Of a stretch of DNA of 64,000 nucleotides, positions 22,823 through 34,640 are shown piece by piece. Source of the stretch: Basidiobolus meristosporus CBS 931.73 (Eukaryota; Fungi; Basidiobolomycota). The notes beneath the pieces were generated by a model. It saw only the letters and a list, made by a program, of their open reading frames with translations. It did not search any database and was not told the DNA's origin. Location: positions 94,014-158,013 of the forward strand of contig MCFE01000134.1 in the NCBI GenBank assembly GCA_002104905.1, read 5' to 3'. Position numbers and translations under genes: made by a program. The stretch's first letter is position 1; every line of letters starts with the position of its first letter.

Positions 22823-25660
22823 GTGAAAAGCAGTTTACTCTTGGTAATTTTGGTCCCTACTGCTATACCCCAACTTGCCACCACCTCATCTCTAACACAA
22901 ATGCTGATAAGGACGCTCGGTGTCCAAAGCCTGTTCTACGCCACCCTCGCCTCGATCTTAGTAGGCAGCGCACAATCCATTTACGACGTTTCAAGCAGAA
23001 TATCGAATGAATATACGGGGAGTTGTGCTGAGCTGGATGACCGGAGTATGGCGGTGGTTTTACCCTTCCAGCAGGTTGGCAATGTTTCCTATCACATGCG
23101 GTTGATCGATCCTACAGGAAGCTCGAAGCCAGCCTCCATCGATTATGGTGGGATCGAGCCAATCTTGGTTCCAATCAGAAAAGCCACCCTGGTTGCTGTC
23201 TTACCTTCCAGCAGCCAGATCTCTTCGCAGCTGGTATCCATAGATTCTGTAATTATGAACAGAACAACCACGATCCATTCGGGTAGCTACGGTTTGATCA
23301 CCGCCGCTGCCTTCAGGAATCTGTATGATGGATACGCGGTGTCTTGGACCTCCTCAGATAACCTGAGTCTTGCTATAGCGTGGTTGAGCAGTAATGGAGC
23401 CTTAGTAAACCAAACAACATATCGGCTCGACCTACCAGCCAGCCATATCGAGGCAACCACAACCTTTGATGGCAAAGTGCTCCTTGCCGTTCTACTATCG
23501 AACCAGAATCTAGTCAGACTTCAGGTTGTACAGATAGATCCTTTAGTGATGGGAACGCCCAAATTTTCGATAATCTATCAGAACAGGGTTGACCCACTGT
23601 CACCTCCGACGTATCAGACAGCAAAATGCGAGCCGATCCCGGATGGTAGTGGTCTGTCGTGCATTTATCTCTATCGAGAGCTGGTCACAACAACGAGCTA
23701 CAGGGTAACCGGAGTGGTGCAAGCATTCGCCTCCACTGGCAGCATACATCAGCCATTGGCGCGATACCAACTTGATATGAGCACTACCCCCAATACACTG
23801 GACCTTGCCAGGAAAAAACCGCAGCTATCGGTGAACCCGGATGGAAGTTGGACTCATATTGAGCTCGGAGGTGCCACCGCGAGTTATTACGATATTCTGC
23901 CAAACGGGACAACGCTGAACCTCTATAGCGTCAACGCATCCATCATATGTCCCAATCTTAATCATACTTGGTACGGGGTGCGTCCATTGCCATCGCCTCG
24001 ATATGGATGGGAAAGCGCGATCCTCTCCTTGAATTCGGCAGGGCGGCCAACGGTGAATTCCACGTATCCTTTTTCATATACCAACCCATTGGTTGTGAGC
24101 ACCAACCCGGAGGTCAATAGCGTTGTGGAGCCGCGCAGGTTGCAATTCGGCATAAAATACGGGATCTCTGGCCTATCACTCGGCGTGGGTTACATCCGAG
24201 TCTACTGTATGAGTGCAAATGGCCGGGTTCCTCGCGAGGTGATTAATGTGAATAGCCCAAGGGTGCAGTTCAGCAACGATACCATTCAACTAGACCTCCT
24301 GACGTCCAGTCTAAACTCGCCAAATGCGCAATACATCATCGAGATGGATGATGGGGCTGTGCGAAGCGGTAGCAACGAGCCTCTGCCAGGCATCAACGGC
24401 CCGCAGCAGATTTGGAGGGTGGTGACAGGTACATTCACACCGTAAGTAAATCTCTAGGTATTCAGACTAACCAGTGCAATGCGGCAATAGGTTCGCGGAA
24501 CGATACACAGGGCTCAGGTACTCCCGCATTCATTGTATTCATGAATTCGGCATCTTGTACTGATCATTGATTCAAGGGCTCACCACCATTCTGGTCGAGC
24601 TAACTGTTAATGGCTCAATCGACCCCTTTGCGGACCTGGGACTGATATCTCGATTGATTCCCGTCGATATCAGCAGACTAGAATTTGTTCGCGTGGAGAA
24701 CCAGCCAGCCCCGCAGCCAAGTAAGATGAGATTCAAGATCCATGATTCCTCGGAGCCGGATCAACTCGGAGCTTCCGACGCATTCCAAGATTTCCAGAAT
24801 ATCGTTCAGAACTCCAATGTGTTTCAACTGATTTCCTCTGCTCCATTCATCCACGTTGAAGCCTTGGGTAAGCTCGCAACAGACTCATTCCAAAGCTGGC
24901 TGTATGCTGAGATGTTTTCCACAGATGACACGACGTATGCAGTGCGATGGGGTCTCATCAGTGCCGCCATTATACTGGTGGCCTTGATTATCTTGTTTGT
25001 GATTCTCCGCCGGAAATACACCTCCAGCCAGAACGAGATCATATTCTCGATATCTTTCGGGCTTTTCGGGCTGGTCTTCGATCTGCTCTTCATCATCGTC
25101 CATGGAGGAGATATATCTCACCTGCGCGTGCTGCTAGGTATTTTCTTCATATGTCCGTACATTATCCACGCCCTTGCATCCAGCGCCATCATCATTTTTG
25201 AGATCTCCCGCAACACGATGTTTTGGCTATGGTTCGGGCGGCGGCCTGTTCGTAACGGGATTCTGGCCACTCTGTCATTTACGAAGATTGAGAATCTGAG
25301 GCTTCTTGACTCCCATTTCTGTCAGCTGGAGATCCTGAGCGCGCCATTCTCCGACTGGGCACTGAAATGGATAAGCATCATCGGTTTTACTAGCATATTT
25401 TTCCAGGATATCCCCAAGCTGGTTCTTCTGGTAGGTAGATTCCGCGTGCGCGTGCTCTCTGTCGCCTTCCCTGTGAGATTCACCATGTCTCTTCATATTA
25501 GATCATCTATCACTTGGACCTCCGCACCCCCAATATGATTCCTCTGTTGACCTTGGTTATTACCATACTGACGTTGACCTATGGTGCTATCTCCCGAATG
25601 ACCTGCTTATGCGTTGCTGTTAAAGGGCACTTCAAGCACCAAGAATCGGCATATTACTGA
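22823..25660 (+). CDS. Large membrane protein: signal peptide, beta-rich ectodomain, SbsA/Big_5-like Ig domain, multi-TM C-terminus (4 exons)
   Basis: Exons 22823-24441, 24491-24517, 24577-25430 and 25502-25660. The GT-AG introns join in frame. STYP...EPLPGI...WRVVT is Ig-like; FDLLFI...FQDIPKLVL...IPLLTL are TM motifs. Confidence 0.85.
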
Positions 25661-26339
25661 TTAACCTACCACCACGATCAGCGCAGCTCGTTTAATATTT
25701 GTAAGCCTTATTCAAGTCCCAGGACCAATGAAATTTTGAGACCCACTACGATTATAGAGAACCATCCAAATGTCTGTGTTGTCATTGGCAAGCATCGGCA
25801 TGGCTTGTTTATGGCAACATTGATGGCAACATTGATGGCTGAATAAAGTCACGTTATCCCTTCAGGAGCCCACCGTTCGCCAGCATTGGATCCTCAAAAT
25901 CTGACCACTAGTTTCCCGGTCTATGCATTGATCAAGTTGGCAAATTGGCAATTCTATTCGCAAATAGCGAATCATCCACATGGCCACCATCCGAATCATC
26001 AGCTCATTTTTCGGCATGATCACGACTTCTTGCTGGATGAGCATCAGGTAGCACAGTAGCCAGCAGCCAGCCTGATTGATCCTCTAGCACTCACCATCTA
26101 CAGTCATAGATACCAAGAGAATTGTGGGTCATGGTTTTAGCACAGGCAGCCCTAGCCAATGAGTGCCCGATTCACCCAACCAAACATCGTCGACTTGCTC
26201 ATGAGATGGTCTCTTGGTTGCTGAATGTTGCAAGAAATTGCGTGATACGAGAGTTGTTTACTCGTCAACCTTCGGCTGAAGATTTTTCGCATATAAAGCG
26301 TTAGCATTCACGCTTGAGTGTCCGTTGTCAATTGCCACC

Positions 26340-27998
26340 ATGGTGAAAGCACTGAGTATTATGAGTTTGTTTGCCGCTACCCTAGCATTAGGGCAAGCTA
26401 CTGACGGCGAGAAAAAGCCCAATTTCTTGATCTTCCTGATGGATGATCAGGATTTGAAGATGGACTCTTTGAACTACATGCCACGAGTCCAAAAGTACAT
26501 TGCCAGCCAGGGAACCACATTCAAACACCATTACATCTCCACAGCAGTCTGCTGCCCTTCCAGAGTGTCATTCTGGACCGGCCAATTCCCCCACAACCAC
26601 AATGTTACCGATGAGAATCCGCCCCATGGCGGGTACCCGAAGTTTCTTTCGCGGCAATTGGACAGCAACTACTTGCCGTTTTGGCTTCAGCAGGCGAACT
26701 ACACGAACTACTACGTTGGTAAATTCATCAACGGAGTGGATGCCAAGAACCCTGGCCCTCCCAAAGGATGGGCCCATTTCGAACCCCTCGTGGCACCCTG
26801 GATTTACCAGTATCTCAATCCCACCTTCTCGCTCAATGGTGCACCTTTCCAAGCCCACCAAGGTGAGTACCAAACCGACGTTATCCTCAACAAAACCCTG
26901 AACATCCTTGACGTTCTGAAATCTACCGATCAACCCTTCCTCTTCACCGTCTCCCCCGTAGCGCCCCACGACACAGTTGTCATGAGTTCAGAAAATGAAT
27001 ACCCCGAGTTCTATCCGCCCGTCCCAGCTGAGCGTCACAAGCTCCTATTTGACGATCTCAAAGTACCACGTAAGCCCAACTTCAACCCCGAAATCCAAGA
27101 TAAGCCATCTTGGCTAAAGACGCTACCCCGGTTGAACCAGACTAGAGTGGACGACCTTGATGAACATTACAGACTCCGTATCCGATCACTCCAGGCAGTT
27201 GACGAGTTGGTTGAGAAAGTTATCCTGAAGCTCGAGAAGAACGGCCAACTGGATAACACCTACATTATTTATACCACCGACAACGGCTACCATTTAGGAC
27301 AGCATCGTCTCGGGGCAGGCAAAGGGACCCCTTACGAGGAGGATGTCAATATTCCATTCATTATACGTGGTCCTGGTATAGCCAAAGGAGAGATCAGTCA
27401 AGCGTTCACCACCCACACACATGTTCCTGCCACTATATTGAGCCTCGCCGGACTTGATGCTCCGGAGCATTTGGATGCCCCGCCAATGCCAGTGCTGGAG
27501 GCACCAAGCCCTAGCAATGATCTCACTGAGGCCTTTAATGTGGAATTCTGGGCGGACGCATTCTTCGAAGACACTTGGGAGCGGTTTACCAGCAACTCCT
27601 ACAAGGCGGTCCGAATCATTGGCGAGGGCTACAACTACTATTTCTCCACCTGGTGTACCGGAGAGCACGAGTTGTACGACCTCTTGGAAGATCCTTATCA
27701 GCTTCGTAATGTCCACCCAGATGTGATAGAGAGGGACCCTGAGCTGATCAACCGATTGAACGCTCTTTTAAATGTACTAAGGGATTGCCTAGGAAACACC
27801 TGCCGTGATCCATGGAAGGTACTTCATCCAGATGGAGCCGTTCGCAATTTGAGACAGGCTCTCAGCAGGGTCTACGATTCGTACTACGCGCAACTAGCCG
27901 TTTTCAAATTCGATACCTGCCAAGTATTTAACGATCGCACCAATGAGATTCTGGTCCGTGAGCAACATACCCCCGCATTGGTCATTCAAGCAGACTAG
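26340..27998 (+). CDS. Secreted arylsulfatase (N-acetylglucosamine-6-sulfatase-like)
   Basis: Signal peptide, KPNFLIFLMDDQD, formylglycine motif CCPSR, YVGKFING, TTDNGYHLGQHRL, GKGTPYEED, ELYDLLEDPYQL. ATG at 26340. Confidence 0.95.
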   Translation: MVKALSIMSLFAATLALGQATDGEKKPNFLIFLMDDQDLKMDSLNYMPRVQKYIASQGTTFKHHYISTAVCCPSRVSFWTGQFPHNHNVTDENPPHGGYPKFLSRQLDSNYLPFWLQQANYTNYYVGKFINGVDAKNPGPPKGWAHFEPLVAPWIYQYLNPTFSLNGAPFQAHQGEYQTDVILNKTLNILDVLKSTDQPFLFTVSPVAPHDTVVMSSENEYPEFYPPVPAERHKLLFDDLKVPRKPNFNPEIQDKPSWLKTLPRLNQTRVDDLDEHYRLRIRSLQAVDELVEKVILKLEKNGQLDNTYIIYTTDNGYHLGQHRLGAGKGTPYEEDVNIPFIIRGPGIAKGEISQAFTTHTHVPATILSLAGLDAPEHLDAPPMPVLEAPSPSNDLTEAFNVEFWADAFFEDTWERFTSNSYKAVRIIGEGYNYYFSTWCTGEHELYDLLEDPYQLRNVHPDVIERDPELINRLNALLNVLRDCLGNTCRDPWKVLHPDGAVRNLRQALSRVYDSYYAQLAVFKFDTCQVFNDRTNEILVREQHTPALVIQAD

Positions 27999-28442
27999 AT
28001 CATGGTGAATATTGTCCACCTTATCCCAATTGAATGCGAATAGAAGCTCAATAAACAATACGTATCCCGAACATCCTTCCAACAGTTGACTACTCCTCTC
28101 CATTCTACCTCTGATCCACAGCCCCACTCGGCCTGGCTGCGATGAGTGCAGCAGCTGGTGGTGGCTTAGGGATGTGTGCGGTTCGCCCCTCCCCTCGTCA
28201 TCCAAATGCTCTACTTCAAACCTCGATGGAATGGGATGAAAAATTTTATTCTTTGAATATGGAGTAACTCTAGAAACATGTGGGTCAGTTGAATCGGGAT
28301 CGCGCGCACACCAAACGCTCCCCCTCCGACATCGGCCACGTTTCGATTCGAACATGAAACTTGGAAAAGCCCTACGGCAAAATTCAAAGGGGACATTATA
28401 AGAATTACAATAGTGCATAAATATATACTTTACATGGGTACA

Positions 28443-31400
28443 TTAAATAATGGTAATTCCATGCTTCGCGGGGTCATGGTTGTGGTTGTTCGGTGCTCTT
28501 CTAGACTTCCTCTTGCTTTTCTTGGATCGTTTGCGAGTCCGGGGCAGATCGTCGTCTGTGGAGAGGGTGGGCTCATCTAGGGTGTCGTTCAATGCAATGA
28601 GCTTCTCTAATGACAGTGGTTTTGCCGGTAGAATGAACCCTGCCTCCTCCTCTGGCATCAATCTCACCCCACGCTTTCTTCGGCGGTCGATGTCTTGGGG
28701 ACTGCTCACCACGTTGAATGGCACCTGGGCATCCGAATCGCTTCCCAATTCGTTCAGACTCTGAAGTGCTTGCAGTGAGAGGAACTCGGTAGGCTCGTTG
28801 TCTGTGAAGCTTGTGAATCCATCATCACTTTTGGAATCCTGTGCAGAATGAGCAAAGTCACCAAGTGCTGGAGGATGGTAGTAGGGCTTCTCGTCCTCCT
28901 CCGACAAGTCTGGATTCTGGTTCCATTGGAGTAGTTGCTCCAGGGAGATGGACTTTGTCAGAATATCCTCAATGTCAGTCTCGGTGTCCACATCCTCATT
29001 ATAGCTTGCAGAAGTGGTGGCCACCTCTTGGTCATCACTCTTCATACCGCTACTTCCTTCCGATTCCGAAGGGGTCTCCTCCGAATGTTGCTGATTAAGT
29101 TTAATCAGCATGTCCAGAGAAAGAAATTCGCGCGAGCTCTCCCCGGAACGGTTCCCATCATCCTCCGTCTCGGAGTCGGTAGGGATCAAAGGAACCAGAC
29201 GGTCCGTATTCTCCGATTTGTTGAGTTTGATGAGATCCGCCAAGGAGACAAATTCCACGGGAATATCGTCATGCTCACTCTCAAAGTCTTCGTTGGATAT
29301 CTGAGCCATCCATTCCGACGTAATATCCCCGTTGCTATTTATATCGGGGATCGAATCCTGTGTCCCCTTACGGATTTCCCGCCCTCCAGTAATGTTCACC
29401 ATTGAGGAGACTTCGGGCTGGGAATCAGCTTTCAGCATAGCACCGGCTTCGGGCAGATGTCCCTTTGCTCCCTCGGTCGTCATCTGCAGTATCTCCGAAA
29501 GCAAAGATGTGCTGCCCTTGCTACGTTGTCTCGTACTTCCTCTCGAAGAAAGGTTTTCGATGCTCTCCATCGATTTCAGGACTCGGTCAGCCTTTTCCGA
29601 GATTGTCAGGCTCTCAAAGTTAGGTTCCTGGATCCGGATCAAGTCATTCAACGAAAGAGTTGCGGAGCTGGTTAATGGCTCTGGAGAGTGCTCATCATTG
29701 GTATGAGAAGAGATCGCTTCAGGTTCAGGTTGCACTATACTTTCGGGTGACGCGGTTCTTACATGATTCTTCACACGCTCGGGGAAGAAAATCTCAAAAT
29801 CAGAGTTCTCCTCATTCGCGGAGTCATTCAGCCATATCAAGTCGTCAAGCGTGATAGAAGTCACTCGTGCATCATCATCCGATGTAGCAGACTCGTTTTC
29901 AACTGCTGGAGAATACTCCTCAGGATGGCGCTTGAGGTGGACCGCATCTGGGAAAGCCTCTTCCTTGGCCGCATCTGTCTCCATCGCCATTTTCACGTCA
30001 CTGTCCGAAGCAAGATATTCTGGCTGAATCAATGGGTGATGCTCCTCTCCGTATTCTTCAATGAGTGGCTCGGCATCAGTAGCCTCGTCTTCAGAATCAC
30101 TGATAAGATACATGTATGATTTACTATCATCTTTGGTCACAGGCGTATCGTGTGAAGAGCTGGGCTCCTTTTCCTCCACTTTCTCCTGCCCCTGGAGCTC
30201 CGACTTCTCGAGAGGAGCCAAAGTCTCTAGATTGTCAGCATTGCCAATGTCTTTCACCTCTGTGCTAGGAAGCATAGCCATTTGTGCTGATACATCGCTT
30301 CCCTCTAGCTGCTCTTGGATATTGTCACCGTTAGGGATGGGCGCTATGAGCTCACTGACATCGAGATTTTCGCTCAAATTGATTAGTATCACTTCACTTT
30401 CAGCGGCTTGTTCCTCGATCGCTAGATCATCTTGCTGTTCAATAGTGCTCTCACTAGTTATCATGAAAGAGTCGTCGAATGGAGATATCTTGGGCGGCTC
30501 ATCAGCATCGATCATGTCGCACACCACTTCGTCTGCAATTTCTTGAGGCTGTTCGGTCTCTGCCTGCGAGGCGTCATTATCCACATGTAGAATTGGAGGC
30601 TTCTCAACATCGCAGATCACTCCATCGATCATCTCGGAATCTTCGTTGTCAGGAATGGATTTAAACGAGGCTTCCGAGTGATCATCCATCTCAGGCTCAC
30701 TATGCACCTGGCCTAGGGTTGAGGATATCTCTAAAAGCTCATCATCTATATTCGCGCGATGGTGGGGTGGCCAGGATTTACTTGTTGAGGGCATCTCGTC
30801 ACTCTCACGAGAAATGTTGCGGTACAACAAGTTATTGAGCTCTATCAACCGTTCGAGCGGCGGTGTGGTTCCGAGAAGTGAGAAGAAGTCCTGGGTTACT
30901 TGCATGAATCGAGGATCGTTGTTCTGGATATCAAGATGGCCCTTCATCACCCCAAAATCATTCCTTAGGATTTCGGATAACAACTCTCCTTTAGGAGGTC
31001 GTTCGACCTTTTTGCTTAGCACCTCCTTTTTGTGTTCCAAGCGCTCAGGCATTGGCTCATGCTCACCAAAGGCTTCAAACACCTTGGGCTCCTCAAACTT
31101 CATGTCAAGCAGAGAGCTTAGGAATGAGTCCACATTCAATGGCGTCGATGTACCCTCAAGCCCTAGCAAGTCAGCCACTTGAGCAACTTGAAGCTCGTTG
31201 GTATGGGCCACTGGGCTCATCGAGGTGTTTAATTCTTCCACAGCTTTATCTAAAGATGTAACCAAAGATAACTCTGATTTGGTTAAAGACACGCCGGATA
31301 GAAGCTCGTCGTTCGCCGCCTGATCTGATGCTATTGAGTCTGGGCCAAGCCCAAGCTCATCGGCCAAAGTCATTCCAGGGTATCCTGTGATTGCAGGATA

Positions 31401-34400
31401 GAAGTCCATTGATTGCTCTTCAGTAGAGCCCTTTTCGGAGCTCAAGTCAACTTCACTCTCCTTGGCGTCTGCAGAGGACGATTCCTCAACATCGCTGAAG
31501 CCGGTTTCTGTAGGGACACGGCCTTCGGTGGTAGCTTCGACTAATGGAGCAACTTGCTGATCAGTGGACTTCACCTGTTCATCCAGAATGGCATACGAAT
31601 CATTAAACGGATCCATGCTCGCAGCATCAGGCATTATGAATTCTATAAACTCTGTGATCTCCTTGCTATCGGGTGTTTCGAGACGGCCCGCGTTTACAGT
31701 ATCCATTAAAGAGTCGGGGGATTCGGCTTGCTCAGCAATCAAGTCCACCACCGGGCTTTCGGTTTCGGCGAGATTCACCTCGTGTTCGGGGAGAATTTCT
31801 TCTGCGTCACGCATCGATACGAACTCCCCTCTGAATATGTCACCACCCATCATCAATTGGGCCACGATAGCCTCAGGAGAGACTTCAGGAAAAGAGTCGT
31901 CAGAGACTGATTTGAGTGAGGCAATCTCGGTGAACTGGTCAGGCTCTGACTGCTCCATCTCGGATTTGGACATGGCCTCGACATGAGGACTGGATGGTTT
32001 TGACAGCTCTTCGAATGAGGAGTTCTCGCTATCTCGGTGTTCCATATGCTCGTACTCCACCATATCCTCGTCTTCATCTCCCACTGGATCAGTGGGTTCT
32101 ACAGGGTCTTCGAATGGATCTGTGATACTCAGCCCAGGCTCTTCACTGATGGAGTGGTCATCATTGTCGGAAATGGCTTCGAAGTCTTCAGGGTGATATT
32201 CCGACATCAGCTCTTCATCAGCTGCGTAATCGATGGTATGCTCAGCAAGAGCTTCATCCAGATGTAAGGAGGATCCGTCTCTTTCTTCTTCTTCTTCTTC
32301 CACGGCGTGCTTCTCTTCTGCTGCCTCATCCTCCTCTGCAATCTCTTTTTCTTTGGCATAATCGAACTCATCTTTAGCTTCGGAAGCTTCATGATCACTG
32401 GACATCTCATCAGACTCTGTCTGCGCTAAAGGGACTACCTTATCCTCGGCAGGTTCTGGCTCTTCACTGATGACCGGAGGTAGGCTGCTTTTACTGGGAG
32501 CTTCCTCGTCGAAACGAAGCATGTCGTGGAAAATCTCCTTCATATCCTGGTCGTCCACCTCTTGAACCATTGAGGAAGTCTGGGAGTGATTGAAACTGTA
32601 CGGCATATAGTTTGGAATGGGCAATTCCGAATGCATCCAAGAGCTGTCTAGTAAAGCAGCGGAATCCGAGGATTGAGGATCAAAGGAAGGCTTTGGCGTG
32701 GAGTGGATGTGGTCACCAGTCTCTATCTCAAAGGGCTCGAATCGGAGATTTCTGTGGGAGGAAGGGGTTCTTGAATCCTGGAACACGTCGTGGTCGGCGG
32801 CGTCGTTGGTCAAGCTATGAGCCAGGAAACTTTCGGACTCGAAATCTCCCAAGAAGCTATCCCATGGATTGTCTACGTGATCCATCGGTTTAATCGAAAA
32901 GGCGATTTCTGCGGGATTGGAAATTGGCGTGGCGGTAGAAGGAAGGCCAGCTGGCTTTACGTCAGATGAAGCAGGCTCGCTAAGCACGACCTTTTCGCTG
33001 AACGCCACCTCAAGCTCTTCAGGGTATACGGTGCAGTCCGTTTGAGCCGTTCTGGGCTTGACCTCGAGATGTTCTGGGGAGAGAGCGGACGACTCAACAT
33101 CTAGTTTGTGGTTTTCATTTTCATCTATGGAAGGGATGGATATGTTATCCAATACATCCTGGACCTTCTCGTTCAGCTCCTCCTCCTGCTGGGGAATATG
33201 GCTCATGTCCTGAATCTTGAGTGAGCTGGGTAGTGGAGATATGGGAGAGGAAGGGTCGAACTCAAGGAAACCAGGCACAGCCAGTTCATTCTTCTCTTCG
33301 CCTCCTGCATCTTGCTGAGACCGCTCGATGACCTCTTGATCCAAGAAAGTCAAAAACTCGTCCACAGACTCCATCTGTTCAAGATCCATCACTGGGATTT
33401 CCCCCTTCTTGGGGAAGAACTGGTCGAAGTTCTTCAGGTCGGTGATCTCGCGCAGCTCTTCTTGGTCCCTCATCGAGTCGTCGATATCCACTTCGACCGC
33501 CTGACCGTCCTTCAAAAAGGTCGGGATATCTTCGGTCTTGTACAACCCCTGGTACTCGATACTCTCCTCCCAAAGCTGGTGCCTATTGATATACACTCTG
33601 GACAACAACCAGTGATGCAGTCCGAGGTCACTTCCGTTGATTCCCTGTAAGTCCAACGGAGGCTCCACCTGGACGGTCGTGTCGTTCACTTCAATTAGGA
33701 TTTTGCGGCTGAATGCCCGCTGCTGTGGAGTGGACTGCAAGTACTTTGACTGGTTGGTCTGCAACTGAGTCAGAAGCTCCAACATATACTCCAGCCGGTT
33801 CGCCCCCTCTGGTGATATGGTAGGCCCGTACTCACCTTTCTGCCCAGTTGAGTAGCTGTGTATGATGTTCTGGATGGTCTCCACGTGGCGCTGCATCCAT
33901 GGGATGCCAATCATGGTTGTATCCAGGGGGCCATACTCCGCCAGGACCGATTCCACCAACGCCCGGTAAGGGCGGAAACTCTCGTTTGCGCTCGTATGGG
34001 CCATCAAATCATTCAGGATCTGCTTCATCTTGCGTGGCACCAATTTCCAGGATTTGCTTAACCGACGAACCTCGGGGTTGGTGAGGGCCTTCACCACTGC
34101 GACGAAGCTGTTGAAGTTGCGATAGGCGTGAAGCAACAGATAGGCCACGCGTATCACGTGGGTGATGATCTCTTCCCGGCTGACGTCGGGGAAACTGGTG
34201 CTTACTTCGGAGCCGGCGATGATCTGGTGAGCAAAGCTGGATTCGATATACCTGTGGAAGTCCAAGCATCCCTGGATTCTTGGCGAAGGGGATTCCGACG
34301 ACAGGAGATCATCGGGGATGACCACTTTGGCAAACAGTTGGGCCTCGATGATAGTCAACTGCTTGGCAACTGCGTCTGGACTCCAAGTGGTGATCAATAC

Positions 34401-34640
34401 ATCGGTGACCGATTGTATCTGGGCGTTCACTGTGTCAAGGTTGCTTCGATGGATATTGACATCCTCGCTTAGTCGAGTTAGCACTTCAGAAGCGGTGGAG
34501 GTTTTCGAATGTTTGATCAAGGCCAATTTATGGCTGGAGGAAGCCAGTGAACTGGAGTGAATGATCGACATCTGGGTCAAAGGAGATAGTGGAATGAGCG
34601 GGAGTGTGGTCTCAATAGTAATCACATTCTCCCCTTCCAT
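28443..34640 (-). CDS. ~2066-aa protein: divergent RasGEF (CDC25) domain plus a very long acidic disordered tail
   Basis: Uninterrupted ORF; first ATG at 34640 (MEGENVITI). QLTIIEAQLF and RNFNSFVAVVKAL...VRRLSKSW are CDC25-domain motifs. Confidence 0.88.
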   Translation of the reverse strand: MEGENVITIETTLPLIPLSPLTQMSIIHSSSLASSSHKLALIKHSKTSTASEVLTRLSEDVNIHRSNLDTVNAQIQSVTDVLITTWSPDAVAKQLTIIEAQLFAKVVIPDDLLSSESPSPRIQGCLDFHRYIESSFAHQIIAGSEVSTSFPDVSREEIITHVIRVAYLLLHAYRNFNSFVAVVKALTNPEVRRLSKSWKLVPRKMKQILNDLMAHTSANESFRPYRALVESVLAEYGPLDTTMIGIPWMQRHVETIQNIIHSYSTGQKGEYGPTISPEGANRLEYMLELLTQLQTNQSKYLQSTPQQRAFSRKILIEVNDTTVQVEPPLDLQGINGSDLGLHHWLLSRVYINRHQLWEESIEYQGLYKTEDIPTFLKDGQAVEVDIDDSMRDQEELREITDLKNFDQFFPKKGEIPVMDLEQMESVDEFLTFLDQEVIERSQQDAGGEEKNELAVPGFLEFDPSSPISPLPSSLKIQDMSHIPQQEEELNEKVQDVLDNISIPSIDENENHKLDVESSALSPEHLEVKPRTAQTDCTVYPEELEVAFSEKVVLSEPASSDVKPAGLPSTATPISNPAEIAFSIKPMDHVDNPWDSFLGDFESESFLAHSLTNDAADHDVFQDSRTPSSHRNLRFEPFEIETGDHIHSTPKPSFDPQSSDSAALLDSSWMHSELPIPNYMPYSFNHSQTSSMVQEVDDQDMKEIFHDMLRFDEEAPSKSSLPPVISEEPEPAEDKVVPLAQTESDEMSSDHEASEAKDEFDYAKEKEIAEEDEAAEEKHAVEEEEEERDGSSLHLDEALAEHTIDYAADEELMSEYHPEDFEAISDNDDHSISEEPGLSITDPFEDPVEPTDPVGDEDEDMVEYEHMEHRDSENSSFEELSKPSSPHVEAMSKSEMEQSEPDQFTEIASLKSVSDDSFPEVSPEAIVAQLMMGGDIFRGEFVSMRDAEEILPEHEVNLAETESPVVDLIAEQAESPDSLMDTVNAGRLETPDSKEITEFIEFIMPDAASMDPFNDSYAILDEQVKSTDQQVAPLVEATTEGRVPTETGFSDVEESSSADAKESEVDLSSEKGSTEEQSMDFYPAITGYPGMTLADELGLGPDSIASDQAANDELLSGVSLTKSELSLVTSLDKAVEELNTSMSPVAHTNELQVAQVADLLGLEGTSTPLNVDSFLSSLLDMKFEEPKVFEAFGEHEPMPERLEHKKEVLSKKVERPPKGELLSEILRNDFGVMKGHLDIQNNDPRFMQVTQDFFSLLGTTPPLERLIELNNLLYRNISRESDEMPSTSKSWPPHHRANIDDELLEISSTLGQVHSEPEMDDHSEASFKSIPDNEDSEMIDGVICDVEKPPILHVDNDASQAETEQPQEIADEVVCDMIDADEPPKISPFDDSFMITSESTIEQQDDLAIEEQAAESEVILINLSENLDVSELIAPIPNGDNIQEQLEGSDVSAQMAMLPSTEVKDIGNADNLETLAPLEKSELQGQEKVEEKEPSSSHDTPVTKDDSKSYMYLISDSEDEATDAEPLIEEYGEEHHPLIQPEYLASDSDVKMAMETDAAKEEAFPDAVHLKRHPEEYSPAVENESATSDDDARVTSITLDDLIWLNDSANEENSDFEIFFPERVKNHVRTASPESIVQPEPEAISSHTNDEHSPEPLTSSATLSLNDLIRIQEPNFESLTISEKADRVLKSMESIENLSSRGSTRQRSKGSTSLLSEILQMTTEGAKGHLPEAGAMLKADSQPEVSSMVNITGGREIRKGTQDSIPDINSNGDITSEWMAQISNEDFESEHDDIPVEFVSLADLIKLNKSENTDRLVPLIPTDSETEDDGNRSGESSREFLSLDMLIKLNQQHSEETPSESEGSSGMKSDDQEVATTSASYNEDVDTETDIEDILTKSISLEQLLQWNQNPDLSEEDEKPYYHPPALGDFAHSAQDSKSDDGFTSFTDNEPTEFLSLQALQSLNELGSDSDAQVPFNVVSSPQDIDRRRKRGVRLMPEEEAGFILPAKPLSLEKLIALNDTLDEPTLSTDDDLPRTRKRSKKSKRKSRRAPNNHNHDPAKHGITII

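Noticed and set aside
25811-25839. 12-bp tandem repeat ATGGCAACATTG x2.4
   Set aside because: Short slippage duplication with no spacers; not CRISPR-like.
28450-34560. Many 60-160 aa plus-strand ORFs opposite the giant RasGEF, and similar ORFs opposite other genes
   Set aside because: Antisense or alternate-frame shadows of long coding regions with no motifs.
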